Below, one piece after another: positions 51,001 to 64,000 of a DNA stretch of 64,000 nucleotides. Numbering within the stretch: the first letter of the stretch is position 1; each line of letters opens with the position of its first letter. The position numbers were made by a program, and so were the translations under genes. Location: positions 10,912,001 to 10,976,000 of the forward strand of contig NC_135250.1 of NCBI RefSeq assembly GCF_964204865.1, given 5' to 3'. The notes beneath the pieces were generated by a model. That model did not search any database. It saw only the letters and a list, made by a program, of their open reading frames with translations, and was not told where the DNA came from. The stretch comes from Styela clava (lineage: Eukaryota).

Positions 51001-54000
51001 TAAAGATTTTGATTAATAATATCTTCAATAATGTCATATCTGCTCGAGGTTAATTAAAACTTCGGATGATGAGTGGTGGATGATAAACAACAAACCTTGC
51101 AGGAAATTCCCAGCAGTTTCAGAATTTTAAGTGATATATATTATTTGACATTGACAAGAACCTTCTTTTGAAACGATACACATTCATAGAATCAAATTTT
51201 GAAGTAATCACCTTGAGGCAGAGGACAATCAATATTATGGAATTTTTCTAAACACACTAAAAAGTCAAGTGCGTTTTCGTTTGCTTCGTTAATACTTAAC
51301 AATATTTCACTCACAACTCACGTCTCCCCTATTGTCAACTCAAAGCATATTTATGTAACTTTTGCTTCTTCATTTCAATCGCTTTTGATGTCATTTATTA
51401 TGCAAACATTAAATTTAAACTACGGAAATGCAAAAATTGTTTTGAAATTGCTCACAAATTTCTCGACCTCAGGGTATGTTATTAGGCCAAAATATAAACT
51501 AAACAACCATAAACATTATTCGTGAGTGGAAACTTTCTTGTTCCTGATTGGGGTTAGCCATGACAATCTATATTCATTGTTTACTCGCAGGAACATTTAC
51601 CATTTTGGTGGTTTGTACAGATTTAAACGTTTTTGTTTTCATCGTTTTCGTTGAGTGATGATCCATTGTTGTAATGAAAGAAAAACTAAAAATTCGACAG
51701 AAAAGAGAATTTCGACGCACAAACTTTTAGGCGATAGTTATCAAAATTTGAAAAAGGATGATTATAATGTTCACGCTTTATCACCCAATCCGCTTATCTT
51801 TTGTTGTCTCGTAGTAACTATAGCACCAAAATTGTACACAGAGGGGGAGGTTAATAGATAACCCAACAAAGCACGAGATTAACCGCCGCTATTTCTGTTT
51901 CTTATATATATCTCTCTACATAGTATTCGGAACAAAAAACCCAAAATAATTCAGCACACAAACCCTATAATAACCTTACATCGCTCATATTACATTTTGT
52001 ACCAATTTTTTCACGCTCTATCAATTTCGTAATTGCTCGGCGACTGTAGTATTCAATTTAATATTAAATTGGAACTTTTTGAGCCATGTGGAGAGGAATT
52101 ATAGAGTACTTTTCGCTTTGTGATACAACAATTGATCACGCCATTCGCCCGCTCACGACAATTAAGTTAAGCCTAATGCCTATATTCCCGGGTAGTGTTT
52201 GCGTTTTATTTCCTACTGGAACAAATATGGAATCTTATATTAAGAATTTCAAGATGGTTCAATACATGGCTGAAAAGTAAATTCTTTTCTCTCTCACACA
52301 ATAAAATATCTCAATCACATTGTTAGTAAATTTGTGACCAGTATAAATGACAAGAAAAATAATTGAGAAAAACGAATCAAACCTGAATTCAGAAACAAGA
52401 AAGCAAGCAATACCAAAAGGAGGTTTAAAACAAAATTCAAATAAAATGCTTCTGCTAAAATATGGTACACGTTTACTCACCTGAAGACTGTTAAAAACTA
52501 CTAATCCAAGAAGAAAACTGAAAATTCGGGTAAATTATGTTCGCTGAATAAGCAGAGAATTTTTGTTTTCCACAGTATAATTATTAAAAGAGATTTCGAG
52601 GTTGACTATCAAATTATTCATCAGATGCAGTCATATCAAAGTGTACCGCCAAGCCGAATATGCCGAGTGTGATTTGTTGTATTAGACTACGTTTTGTGAT
52701 GCAGATACAGTATTGCGTCTTCTCCCAAAATCATGTACTTGTCGGTATTAGTGTGCATACATCGAAGATGATCTTTAGTTCATTTGTACGAATGGGGATT
52801 CGTTATGCCAAGGTATATCACACGGACAACCTCTTGTATTAGGCAAATTCTTATTATACTCAACTATAGAATAATAGACATTGGACAGATTTTTGCAAAT
52901 ATCGTTATGCGTTATGAGTAAGCATAATATGACAACGTTAAATGAAGTGTACATGTGGTAAATCGATTGATAGCTTAGAAAATGAATTCATATACATTAT
53001 ACTCCATCAAGTAAAATCCATTAATAAACTGAGATGTGCTTATGTCTTTATTTCTTAGTTTATATGACTTAAATTGATGTTTCAATTAGACATTTACTTT
53101 TATATGAAACAATTGTATTAAAGACAAAATAAAAGATGTGTCCTGGACAGAATCTAATGACAATTATATAAAACCTAAATTGAAATGGAGAAAAATATTA
53201 TAGACACGGATCACGGATACGTATCCTTATTTTTGTCAGAGTTTGTATTATATTGAAAAATAAACAATACCCAAAAAATAACTACATCGTTTGTCCGAAA
53301 TAAAATTATCACATATATGGTTTGGTAAAATTACCATCAATGTCATCCCTTTAAGCACGAGCTTTAATGACAGTTGAATGTCACCAAGGCGTAAGCAACA
53401 GCAATTTCATTACAAATTTAATACTGTGTAGCGACTGGATTTTCCATCATTTACTAAAATCGTCATAGTACATGTATACTCCTAATCGTTGGAAAATACT
53501 AATGGGCCTTTTATAAGCCTCATGAAAGTACCAATTTCCTTCGATCGTCAAAATATTTCTTCGTTCTAGTATTTTATTGTTCACCAACTGCTTTAAGGTT
53601 AAAGCAAATATTTTTCTTGCGCTTATTTCCAGATGTAACGCTTCAAAGTGAAACTAGTATTATTGACTTGAACGAAATGTAAAATATTCTAATATTGATC
53701 GTTTCAAAAATTAAATAATTCCGCTCAGTTGAGCATTTAGCATACAAGTAGAATATATATTTGAACTTTTTTCTATAGCCTTGATTTACTTAGCCTCAAC
53801 AGTGTAAACATAAGTGCACCAGGATCCATTTAAAGGTTCAATGAATCAATTATTTTCAATTCGGTGACTGCGTATCATTTCAACTAGCTTTTATGGCAAT
53901 ATGTACGTACGTTTTATTACTTGTTGTGAAATTTACATTTGTAATTCTCTAACTGGGATTTTATTCAGTAAGCGTAGATATTGGAGTCAGTCATTAGTTT

Positions 54001-54808
54001 ATTTTTACACACGCCGAAAATACACATTGCATATACATGCTCACGTTATGGCTTATCAAATTAGTGTATAGTTTAAGATGGCTAGGCACTTAAAAACTAT
54101 ATTGTGTACACCGAAGTTAGAAGTATTTTGATTAAATGACTCAAAATATCCTTTCATGCCCGTCTAAGACTGTAAAATACTTCTGTATTCTGCGACTGTT
54201 AATAAACTTTAGTGCCAAAAGGCGTTGTGCCCAGGATTGAGATAAATCGTAACTACTTTTGAAGTTTTGTCATTGTTTCAAACGTAGAAATAATGCTGTG
54301 AACTATATGGTAAAATTATTCATAAACGTCATTGTGATACTAATCACAGCTTAGGTTTTATGTTGCTATAATCTTTCTTCTTATTCAGTGACGTGAATAT
54401 GTATATACAATAAGGTTAAACAACCAAAAAAAAACAAGAACAAGGTAAATGAAAAACATGACTAATTTATTGAACATTGAATAACAGGAAATATCAGAAT
54501 CTTCTTGTTGTTTTTGTAAGTCGACCGGGATAAAACAACATGGCATATGTAAAAAATAGTCAACAATAAACTAACGGTAAAAATCGCGTATCATCAGCAA
54601 TGCCGAAAGTTCGTAACCGATACCCACAGGACGTGGTGAGGTGCTTCAAAGGTCTTTTCCTTAATTTCATAACAGTACAGCGTAAAGGTGTCACACCTCA
54701 GTAATACAACACACTCATGCGGTTTTATTTTCAAATGTGGTCAAGTAAAGATCATCGATGAGGAGATGGTAGGTTTATAGTTATTAGTCTGATAATAGAA
54801 AATCGGAC

Positions 54809-54910
54809 CTCCTGAAGTATGCTCACCAAGATGGCGCACAACCTGAACTCAGGTTGTGTACCAGGTTAGGGTTCAGGTTGTGAGACATCTTGGTGCGCAT
54901 ACTTCAGGAG
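54809..54910. mobile_element. ~100-bp palindromic MITE, copy 3
   Basis: CTCCTGAAGTATGC..GCATACTTCAGGAG; nearly identical to 14619-14720; contains GGTTAGGGTT. Confidence 0.85.
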
Positions 54911-55659
54911 TACCGTATTTTCTCAATCAAAAGGTGAGATATTCAAACGGTATAAAAATTAAGTTTAGTACTCTTTTTGAGGCTGTCAAGAAACAAAACT
55001 ATATATTCGTTGGTATCTTTTTGTTAGAAATATATAGCAAAACCAGTTATGAATTGTGTTTTAGAATACCTATATATTTGTAAATCAGAAAATTCGAAAT
55101 GTTTTTCCAACCTAAGGTGCAACTGCAAACTTCGTTTAAAATACGATCGTTTTTGCAAAATAAAATCTTGTGATGTTCAATTCTATCATAGCAGATATCT
55201 AAAGTTTTTCTCTTTTTTGACTAAATATAATAGTATAATACAGTCGCAGATATACATCTTTTTATGTTTTGGCCAAAAATAAAACTTACGGTACCTATAA
55301 TAATTCTATGCTTTGTTTATTCTAATCATTTACGCAATGCTGGCCACCTTCTCTCGAGACCCAGAACATGTCACTGATTTTGATATATATTTACACTGCT
55401 CAGGAGCCTAAGAATATTCAGTCCAGTAGTCTATACTTCAACTTCTGGTTAAACACTAAATATCATTTACAAATAAAATTATATTCAATTGTCAAAAAAT
55501 TGTACGAGATGAAGTTGTTAAAATCTGAAAATATTTTAAATTGTGAATTGAAAACACGGTTAATTAATTAATGCGAGTTCTTACTTTTAAATATCCTTAG
55601 TTTGGTATTAGCAATATACTCTATATATGAATGAACCGAACTAATATTATAAATTGAGA

Positions 55660-58600
55660 ATGAATGAAGCGTACGAGCTTGAATACAACGACACATATGA
55701 AACTGCAATCCGTTACGAGAATCAACGAGGTAAGACCCCATTAAATTTTATTTGTTCTTTTAGGCAAGATTGTAAGTTTGACCTTCAAACGTCGGTTTCT
55801 GGTTTCAACCTATGCAGGCTACATGTGAGTTCACAAAACGCACGACAGGGCCAAATATTGCACGACAATGTTTAGTTGTTCAGTTTAATGAGGGATTGTT
55901 ATTGCGCAGAGTTTCCGAATATGATTGACATGTTCTCATTTTACGATATCATCAAAACAAATTAACCAACATGAATAGCTTGATTGATAATAACACATTT
56001 GTGTGGCTTCTGTTTAGAGCGAAATTATTGTTCTTAGCATTTCGGAAATTCGTATAATACTTAGAGGGTTCAAGCTTACACCGTGGGATTTTTCAGGTCC
56101 AGTGAGAGCGAGACCTATTCAGACAAGTTCTATAGATCCCCAAAAAGAAATTCCTGTTAAAACTGAAAACAAAAACGTGAAAACTACCAACCTCTATGTC
56201 TCTGTTTGTATTGGATTTGCACTGCTGGCCGGAATGCTTATTGTTGTCATCGTACAGCAAAATAAACATTACCAGGTATTGCACATTATATTTTGCATAT
56301 ATATATCATATCACGTTGCCAATTGCAATTAACCTTGTGTCTGTGAATCATTTCCTCCTATTATGAAAGAAAATATCACTCAACCAATTGAAGTATTGTA
56401 TAATATTATACATCAACCCGATTTTAAACTTATGTAAAACATTTTATATTTTCACAACATTTATTCTAATTCAATCCAGGAAAGCGGTCTTAAAACTACT
56501 ACTACTGTTCAGCAAACAACAGCTCCTAGCAGCAGATTTGCTAGATCTTGTCTTGACTTAAAAAACCAAGGAATCCAAGTAGATGGAATTTTCACAATCA
56601 AACCGGATAACAATTCAGAAATACAGGTTGAAATTGTTCACGAAATTTGTTTTTGATTAGTCGAAATGGTTGAAATTAAATTGTGATTAAGGTATACTTT
56701 TCTCGAATACAATAGCCTTATTTTGCAGGCATATTGCGATATGTCAACTGACGGTGGAGGATGGACTTTAGTAGCAAGTGTTCACGAGGATGATATTGAA
56801 ACAAAATGTGGATCTGATGATTTCTGGTCAAGCTATGTTCCTGAAAACCAACAAGCTCACGCAGGTGTGAGCAACTGGGAAAATGAAAACGTTTTTGGGG
56901 AGATAAATAAATGTACAAGCAGTGATTATAAAAACTCGGCTTACTTTTCGCTTAATGTAAGTTTATTTTTCATAAAACGAGGTCCACACTATATGATACA
57001 CTATATAGATATTTCATATATTGAATTAGATTCACAATAACCTCTAGTGGGCGTGGCGTAACAATTTTCGACGTCATAGTTACGTAATAAGGTCCGCCAA
57101 AATATACTCGTCCAAAACGCTCAAACGTTCACCCGAAATCGAGCAAGCTCTCGTTACATCGTCGCAACGTGATCGTAGCGATTGGTTAGTCATTAGTCAG
57201 GGTCACCAACCTTTTCGAGGCCGAGGGCTACTTTTTGGGTGCAGATTGAGCTGCGGGCTACCAGTTCAATGTACACTTCTGAAAAAGTCAGTTGCCCGAT
57301 TAAGCTTCAATTATTGGTATAATTACTGGTATTTAGTGAAGTAGAGACACTAATAAGCTTTAGGATTCTTCAGGGAATCAAACGATTATCACAACGTAGC
57401 AGATACATTTTTATCAATGACGCTTGCATTTCTAAACTGAGTGTTTTCAAATTGATTTTCAACACTCTGCGCAAGTTTAAGATGAAATGTACTTAACAGT
57501 TATACTATCAAATGTTGCAGAGTATCATACTCCGACGTGTAACTTGACACTGTAACTCTGAGCAAGTCTTGCAGATTTTCATCAGTGAGACGTGTTCCGT
57601 GTTTGTTCCTGGTGGAATGAGTCGCGGCGCTGTGGCCCATCGTGTAAAGCGATAGGTTCGCAGGTTAGAATTCCATGCGGGGATAGTTATGTACTAAAGG
57701 ATTGTTGGACTCCTCGACGCCGTAGGGTGGTTCACATAACCGCTGGCCGATTACGGCTTCATTCGCCATCAAGTCCATGCATCCGCAAACAAATAACTAA
57801 CTAATCTCATACCCGACATGGACTGGTAACTGGGCGAGAGGCCGTGGTCGTCATATGGTTGAGTCGTCTTATCGGCTATCTTCTCCCCCGGGATAAATAT
57901 GTAAATCTTCTCCTATCCTGAGTTTATGTCAAAAATGTTGATTCACAAAGATAGGTTGAACCAAACGATGGTCTCGTAAAATAGGATTGCTGTATGATTT
58001 GAATCGCGAGCTTTTTCTGCCCGTACTGCGCTGTCCAGTGGATAGATTGCGTGACAAGATGTGAAATATCTCTTCGCTTTGCCGTCGCTACGATCGCTCC
58101 AGTAATGAGACACACGCAGGCTTTTTTCATGGTGGTAAAAATGATTTCATTGTGAAAATGATGAGTTTTTCATCGCTTTTCTGCCATTTTACTTTGGAAT
58201 CAATAATTGTATTATTGCTGCTCCACAAACCAACGGACAAGAAAAAGTGCGGGTTCGTGGAAAGTGATATCGGTGTGATGTCATAATTGGAAGAGCGTAA
58301 ATTGACCCGTCACATTACTGAGGTCAAACAAAAATAAGGTTGATGGTTACAAATATTAATATAGTGTCATTTCCAGTTCCCATATGTGATTTATACTAAA
58401 ATAGCAGGACAAAATTTAATTGATCTAGCTTACTTATAAGAGCCGTTATTAAGCTTAGTTTGGAACAGACCGGCGGGCGACTCATATGATCTTCGCGGGC
58501 GACTTGGTGCCCGCGGGCAACGCGTTGGTGACCCCTGCATTAGTGAGTTCGTTATCGCTGGCGCAGATGCCACTTTGGACGATCTGGCTGTACTTTGGCA

Positions 58601-61600
58601 GGATATATGACGCAGAAAACGTTGCGTACCGATAGAGCATTTTAGCCTATTTTATCACAGCTATTTCTAGACAATTTTTGATTACTGCCATTAAACTACA
58701 ACTCCTAAGAAGGCAAGAGGATGATTGACTTATTTGATTCATACTCAAATTTCGGAATCTTGACCGAAAACTAACGAATAGCATTCAAAATCGCGAAAGC
58801 TAGGTATTGTTTGAAACCACAACCAAAAATTTGTCCGAGTGACAAAAGTGCCTGAGCGGATGCTTAAGGGTTCATTGTTACGTCACTTTTTGCATCTTGC
58901 TGATTGGCCAATGTCACGAAATGAACAAGGTAGTCGATGCTCAGTGAAACATCCCTTGGAAAACAATTCGCCATTTTTTCGTGTTATTGCGGGCCTTAGC
59001 GCATCATCCTCTGCCGTTTTTGGCTGCCGGTGAAAACTGAAACAACAATAAAAGTGGTCACCGGTAAAGCCATAATTTGTATATACAGAAGTAATATGTT
59101 AATAATCATACATATAGCTTATTTCTGAACAACAGTATGCAGGTAAACAATATCTGGATGATATTCTTAGGCTTCGGACGTTATGATGTGGCAAACTCTG
59201 GAAGGATCGTCCGTTGCGCATATGAAAGAAAATTCCACTTTAAGATACAGAACAAACAATAAGTTCATGACAAACTACGGAGGAAATCTAAAATATCTAT
59301 ATGAAAATCATTTACCATTGAAAATTACTTCAGGTGGGGAAAATATATTCATTACACAGGTTTTATTAATTACAATTTTTAATTATAACTTGAGAGCGTA
59401 AGTGGAATGACTTATATTTTGCAGATCAATTTTCTGTTTCACTTTTTATATACAATCTAAATAAATAGACATTATGATACTTTAGAAAAGAGAACAGCAA
59501 AATTGCTAGATGCTTTGGTGAATAAAGCTGATGAAATGAAGTCGAAAATTCCTGATTGGTATGAATACACGTACTCCAACACGTACCAAATATCAAACTC
59601 AATGCTGTACAACTCATATGGAAATCTGGTGATATTATATTCACTGCATTCTACAATCGGTTTATAAATCGTTTGTAAAATAATAATACTTCATTGAACT
59701 TCTTAGTCATTTTAAATAGTCTGGGTATTCGAATATATTTGAGTGCTATATGTAGTGTGAATATTTTTTAACAATACAAAACAGCTCAAATGGGAACAAT
59801 AATTAAATCTGGAATTTGTGTAAATTGTCCAGGTGATTCAAATAGTAAACCTTATATGTCATAAAACTGAATTTGGACAAAGAGTTTAACAAACGAGAAC
59901 CTATCGAAGACTTCAAAATTCCAAACTGATAGATATCTACTGAAATGACTTGTGGCTTTTTACCGATAACACATAAAAAAATCGTGTGCTCCAATGGGTC
60001 GAATACAAACTCAATAAAAAAAAAGGCCAATGTTTCAAATCGGTAGCAATAATAGCATAACATTTTTAGTGGCATGAAATAAAAATTGGGACACATTATT
60101 GATAAAACATATAAGAAAATTACAGAAAGGTATGGAAATATTTAGGGTAAGGACGTATTTATATCTTGGCAAACATATTGTTTCCTAATTATCGGTAAAC
60201 TCAAAACAAAACAAAAAAGTTTCCTCAGTAGCTAATGTTTTTATGGGCAGCACAATCTGTAACTGCGTGGACATTTTTGATAGTGAAATAAAACTCGTTT
60301 CATTTCTTTTCTAAATTAGTGCAGCAAACTCTTTAGGCAAGATCAATATTTTATTTTCATAGATAACATTCGCAAGTTCGTACAGATCACAAGGCAACCT
60401 GTTTTATCAAAAGAAATATCGGTAAGTGTCAAACGCTAAGTTAAAGTTACATTTATTTTACAAAAAGTGAACCTGTAAATCGTTTTACTAAATGGTTGTT
60501 GTTCGCTTTTCTTTGCAGCTAATGGGCCTATCGATTTCAACTTGAAGTATCGAAAAAAAGTTAAAGCTGCTAAAAGATTATTACCTTTGCTTTATTGACC
60601 CTACATTTCATCCTAACTATTATGTTTTAATTTATGAAAACGCTCTTCATAAAATAGGGGTACATGCTTTCGTCACGCTTGTCTACTAATCTCTCTATCA
60701 ATAAGCTCATTTAAGTATAAACACCTATATATGTATTATTCGCTGATTATTTGGTTTCTGCGAGACTAACTACTTATGCTTCTTCTATGCTTTTGTGCCG
60801 GTGGATCCGTATGCATATATTGCAGGGATGCTGCAGCAAGAGTAGAAATAACAATCCTATAAGTGATTCAAGAGTCTTGCTGCAGACTAACACAACAATA
60901 TTTCTGTAACGTTTCGTTTGACCAATGTCAGACTTCTTCAGACATACATAGTTCAACTCTAACATGAAAAGCAGTTACATGTATCTTTGGACAATCAGTG
61001 TAAAATTATTTAACATGCGTGACTCCCATAATTTTACACTCATTGTTCAAATATGCATGTAACTGCTTTTCATGTTAGAGTTGAACTATGTATGTCTGAG
61101 GAAGTCTGACCTTGGTCAGAATACTATTACAGATACAGATATTACAGAATACAGATTACTATCGGGCGGAATTTTTTGGACATCAGTATAGTATAGTATT
61201 GAACAATTTGTACACGTCTTTGTTTACTAAAAATAAGTGAACGGCAAAAAGTGGAGATCAAGTTTATCGAACTACCGAAACATCAATTGATATTTCTATG
61301 ACGGAATATATTTTATGTGCAATGTTATACGAAAACAAATATATGGTTCGCTATACTGTACAGTGTACACTATCTTTACCAAAGAAAAATACTTACTAGC
61401 GCTTATTCTTGTTCACAAGCCGCGGACGTGTATTTATTTTATTCCAGTTCAAAATTGTTCTGATCATCACATTCATGTGCAAATCTGTTTATATAAATAA
61501 TTGCAAAAAGAAAGACCCACCTCTATATTTTGGTACGCCTCGTAAATATGTTAAACTGTTAACTGACCGTATTCCTTGTTCAGAGTGAAATATATTTCTC

Positions 61601-62781
61601 CTGAATACGTGTGCATTGGAGGAGTATCTGGAGATGTCAGAAATTATGGTACTTGTGGAGATTTTGCTGGTAAGAAAGTCATGCTTGAGTATATTTCAAT
61701 GTATTGCGTGATCTTTTGAATTCAAATTGGATGATGAAAAATTACCTTTAAATCTAACTGGGCAAAGTTGAATATTGGACACGAAGTCGACCTATGATTG
61801 GCTTCGGAAAATGTTCCTTCTGTTGGGTTTGATTTTTTTGGGGGGGAATATCGATCAACTACGAACTCAGTCGCTAGGCTATTACTTACTATCTCAATCA
61901 TCATTTATTTATCTCAAATTAATTCGATGAATTTTATGGACCCAATATTTCACCCTAAATCTATTTTGCTTTGCGTATATTACGCCACCACTGCGCTATG
62001 CCCGCGATCCGCATTTGTCAAAATTTGTAGAATTTAAGCAGACGAATGCAATATAATGCATGCTGACAAACAAAAATATTGGATTGAAAAATAAAGACAG
62101 TTACTTAAGCAATTTCGTCGTCAAAGCTAACAAGAGAGCAATTTTTTCACAATAACAACAAGAAGAACAACAAAAATACAAAGGAGAATATTAACAACAA
62201 GAACAATTTAACAAAACGAATCGTCTGTCCACTTTGCTTCCAATGATTGCTGATGCGTTTTAACCTCGGATGCAAAATTAAATCGGTACATCTTGAAATA
62301 CAGCTTATTTCACTGGACACGATATATAAAGTGTAGCTATGGATTGTTTTTCTGAATTCTCATTGTTATTGTGAAAATACTCTTATTCTCAATTAATGGA
62401 GCGATCGATCTCAAATAAACGATAGTCACTGTTCCTTTGTGTTCATATATTTGACCACTGCTCTCCCTTTTTAACCATATTTTCTCAAACTTCAATACAG
62501 AAATTGAATAGAAATATATTGTTAATGAGGCAAAAAACCGATGCGCCAAACTGGAAAGACCAAGCTTATTTCGCAACTTTGTGGCTACGCCTGGCGGCTG
62601 TTTATGCAGGGATGGGTTAGTTTTCTTGTTCGGTAAAAAAATAACATTTAAAGTTTGAAATAAACTATTTTTTGTAGGTTGGTCTGGGAAATCCGGTGAC
62701 ACGATTCAGCCATCGATACCATATGGATATGCACATTCCAGAAAAGATATATCCTCTGTTATCCTGATATTTTATCGCTGA
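55660..62781 (+). CDS. ITLN: Type II transmembrane intelectin-like protein 2 (9 exons found, ~392 aa; lacks equivalents of exons 8-11 of paralogue 1)
   Basis: Exons 55660-55729, 56097-56275, 56480-56626, 56729-56956, 59171-59333, 59486-59628, 60363-60421, 61584-61669, 62678-62781. Each matches a paralogue-1 exon in phase, and six match exactly in length (70, 228, 163, 59, 86, 104 nt). Ends ILIFYR*. Confidence 0.82.
57198..58537. mobile_element. Non-autonomous hAT (Charlie-like) transposon in ITLN-like 2 intron 4
   Basis: TIR CAGGGTCACCAAC/GTTGGTGACCCCTG; CATTAGT duplicated on both sides; GCGGGCGAC/GCGGGCTAC subterminal repeats. Confidence 0.88.
57626..57919 (+). mobile_element. tRNA-derived SINE-like element nested in the hAT element
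   Basis: GC-rich ~295 bp; A-box-like TGGCCCATCGTGTAAAGCG, B-box-like GGTTAGAATTCC, and a simple-repeat tail ATCTTCTCCTATCCT. Confidence 0.55.
60903..61133. repeat. ~105-bp-arm inverted repeat with Penelope-like terminal motif
   Basis: Left arm 60903-61009 vs right arm 61028-61133; includes a perfect AGACATACATAGTTCAACTCTAACATGAAAAGCAGTTACATG match. Confidence 0.88.
60904..60947 (-). ncRNA. Candidate minimal hammerhead ribozyme motif
   Basis: Minus strand reads UGU-CUGAAGA-A-GUCUGAC-AUUG-GUCAAAC-GAAA-CG-U-U-ACA: core boxes, stem II and a 3-bp stem I. Confidence 0.4.
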
Positions 62782-64000
62782 ATGCAGTCCTTTTCAATGT
62801 ATAGTTCTGCTTGATGCTTTTGGGAATGAATATATAATTGCATATATTTCTCGGCAAGGTTTTTATTTTTGTTTGTTTGTTTTATTTACAATGTTTATGT
62901 TTACGAAATCGAAGATTGCAATATCCATTATTTTATTTAAACTATTGAGACCTTCATCTTGTTTTGCGTATACATGTAGTGAAAACTATTCTAAAAATTT
63001 TGTTTTTGTGATATTTTAAATTTATTTATATATATATATATATATATAACTTGTATTTGCACTGGGAAAGAGTTATTTATGCAACGTCTATTAAAAGTGG
63101 TGATATACCCAAACCTCCACTGTACACACACTCTCACACTGAAAATTGAAATTGAAAAGCACTGTGATATTTATCCTCCCGTATCTAGTCAAAAACATGT
63201 TTGAATTGGTCAGCTTTTATTTCAAAGTCATGTTTGCAAAATAACTTACAAATAACTGCAGATTGATTGATTATCGATTTTTACCAAATTTGAGACACAG
63301 GAGGGTAATTACTATATTTTCTGACATAAAGGCAGCATTTTTTGTATTACAGTTCAGGCTGGTTGCAAAAAAACACCCGGCAGGAAATATGTTGGTCGGT
63401 TTTAGATCATTGGCTCCACTTTTGAAGTTTTCTTTTCTAAAATCACTTTTATAAATTTAAATATATATGAAAAGAATTATAACGCCATAATAAACAATCT
63501 TGCGTAGCTACTAATCAATAGTAGGCCGAGGAAGTGCGTGTTTAAAGATGCCGAAATATAATTTCTGGTAAGACCGGACCCAAATATTTTCAAACTTTTG
63601 TATGCGGATATTCGGTAAAATAGTTGAGTAGCCCTGCCCTAGTCTACCGACGATTTTTTACTTTCTTATTATTGAAACAAAACTGAAATTCCTCGGAAGA
63701 CAAAATGACTACTAGGTTATTTGTTTTATACCTGAATATCGGGAACTAAAAACTATCAAAAATAGCAAAGCCACGAAAACGTGCTAACGTTTACAACCAA
63801 GTCTTTGAACCACTCATAAAATTCCAATTGTGACGTCACACAATAAACAACGGAATCTATGATCGAGATCGCTCGTTCTTCCGATGAGAGATGTCAAGAA
63901 AAAGTGTGAAACAGACTTCATTACAATCTTTTGTATTTGGAGCAGATTGCCAAATAGCCTGTTTCGCAGCATTAGAATTCCAGTGAACACGTATGCTCAC

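Larger units (their letters stand above)
57042..58637. mobile_element. Small inverted-repeat element interrupted by a hAT insertion (outer layer of a nest)
   Basis: CTCTA..CGTAACAATTTTCGACGTCATA..GCCAAAATATAC..TCGTCCAAA on the left is an imperfect inverse of TTTGGACGA..GTACTTTGGC..TATGACGCAGAAAACGTTGCG..TAGAG on the right. Confidence 0.5.

Noticed and set aside
52480-52535. Signal-peptide-like minus-strand segment FTRIFSFLLGLVVFNSLQ followed by GTGAGT
   Set aside because: Preceded by an in-frame stop, no ATG and no open downstream exon.
57626-57700. Possible tRNA gene
   Set aside because: A/B boxes are degenerate, no cloverleaf, and it continues into a SINE-like body and tail.
60519-60600. 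AG-preceded segment ANGPIDFNLKY as the missing intelectin exon of paralogue 2
   Set aside because: Wrong phase after exon 7 (immediate stop), no similarity to paralogue-1 exon 11 beyond chance, and it ends in a stop.

Overview
AT-rich, intron-rich animal genomic DNA, not prokaryotic; a tunicate or other invertebrate chordate is my inference from gene content. Nearly all ORFs in the supplied track are spurious or single exons, so I rebuilt genes by hand from splice sites, reading-frame phase and paralogue comparison. The window holds a compact cluster of secreted and cell-surface genes. (1) Two tandem, divergent 6-exon lipocalin-like genes (minus, 4992-6953 and 7808-10881). (2) Two paralogous 3-exon small prepropeptide genes absent from the ORF track (minus, 14443-16024 and 16997-20356), each with signal peptide, cationic core, polybasic site and polyanionic tail, the layout of tunicate host-defence peptide precursors. 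(3) A secreted single-IGFBP-domain protein (25064-26097). (4) Two type II membrane-anchored intelectin-like genes with Tyr-rich cytoplasmic N-termini and extra exons inserted inside the lectin domain (29171-38849 and 55660-62781). (5) A beta-1,4-galactosyltransferase (GT7) gene between the two intelectins (46536-51000). Introns and intergenic DNA carry many non-autonomous DNA transposons (several with clear 8-bp TSDs, some nested), a SINE, hairpin repeats, a ~1.5-kb tandem duplication and a Penelope-like hairpin with a minimal hammerhead-ribozyme motif. All gene models are manual and lack transcript support.
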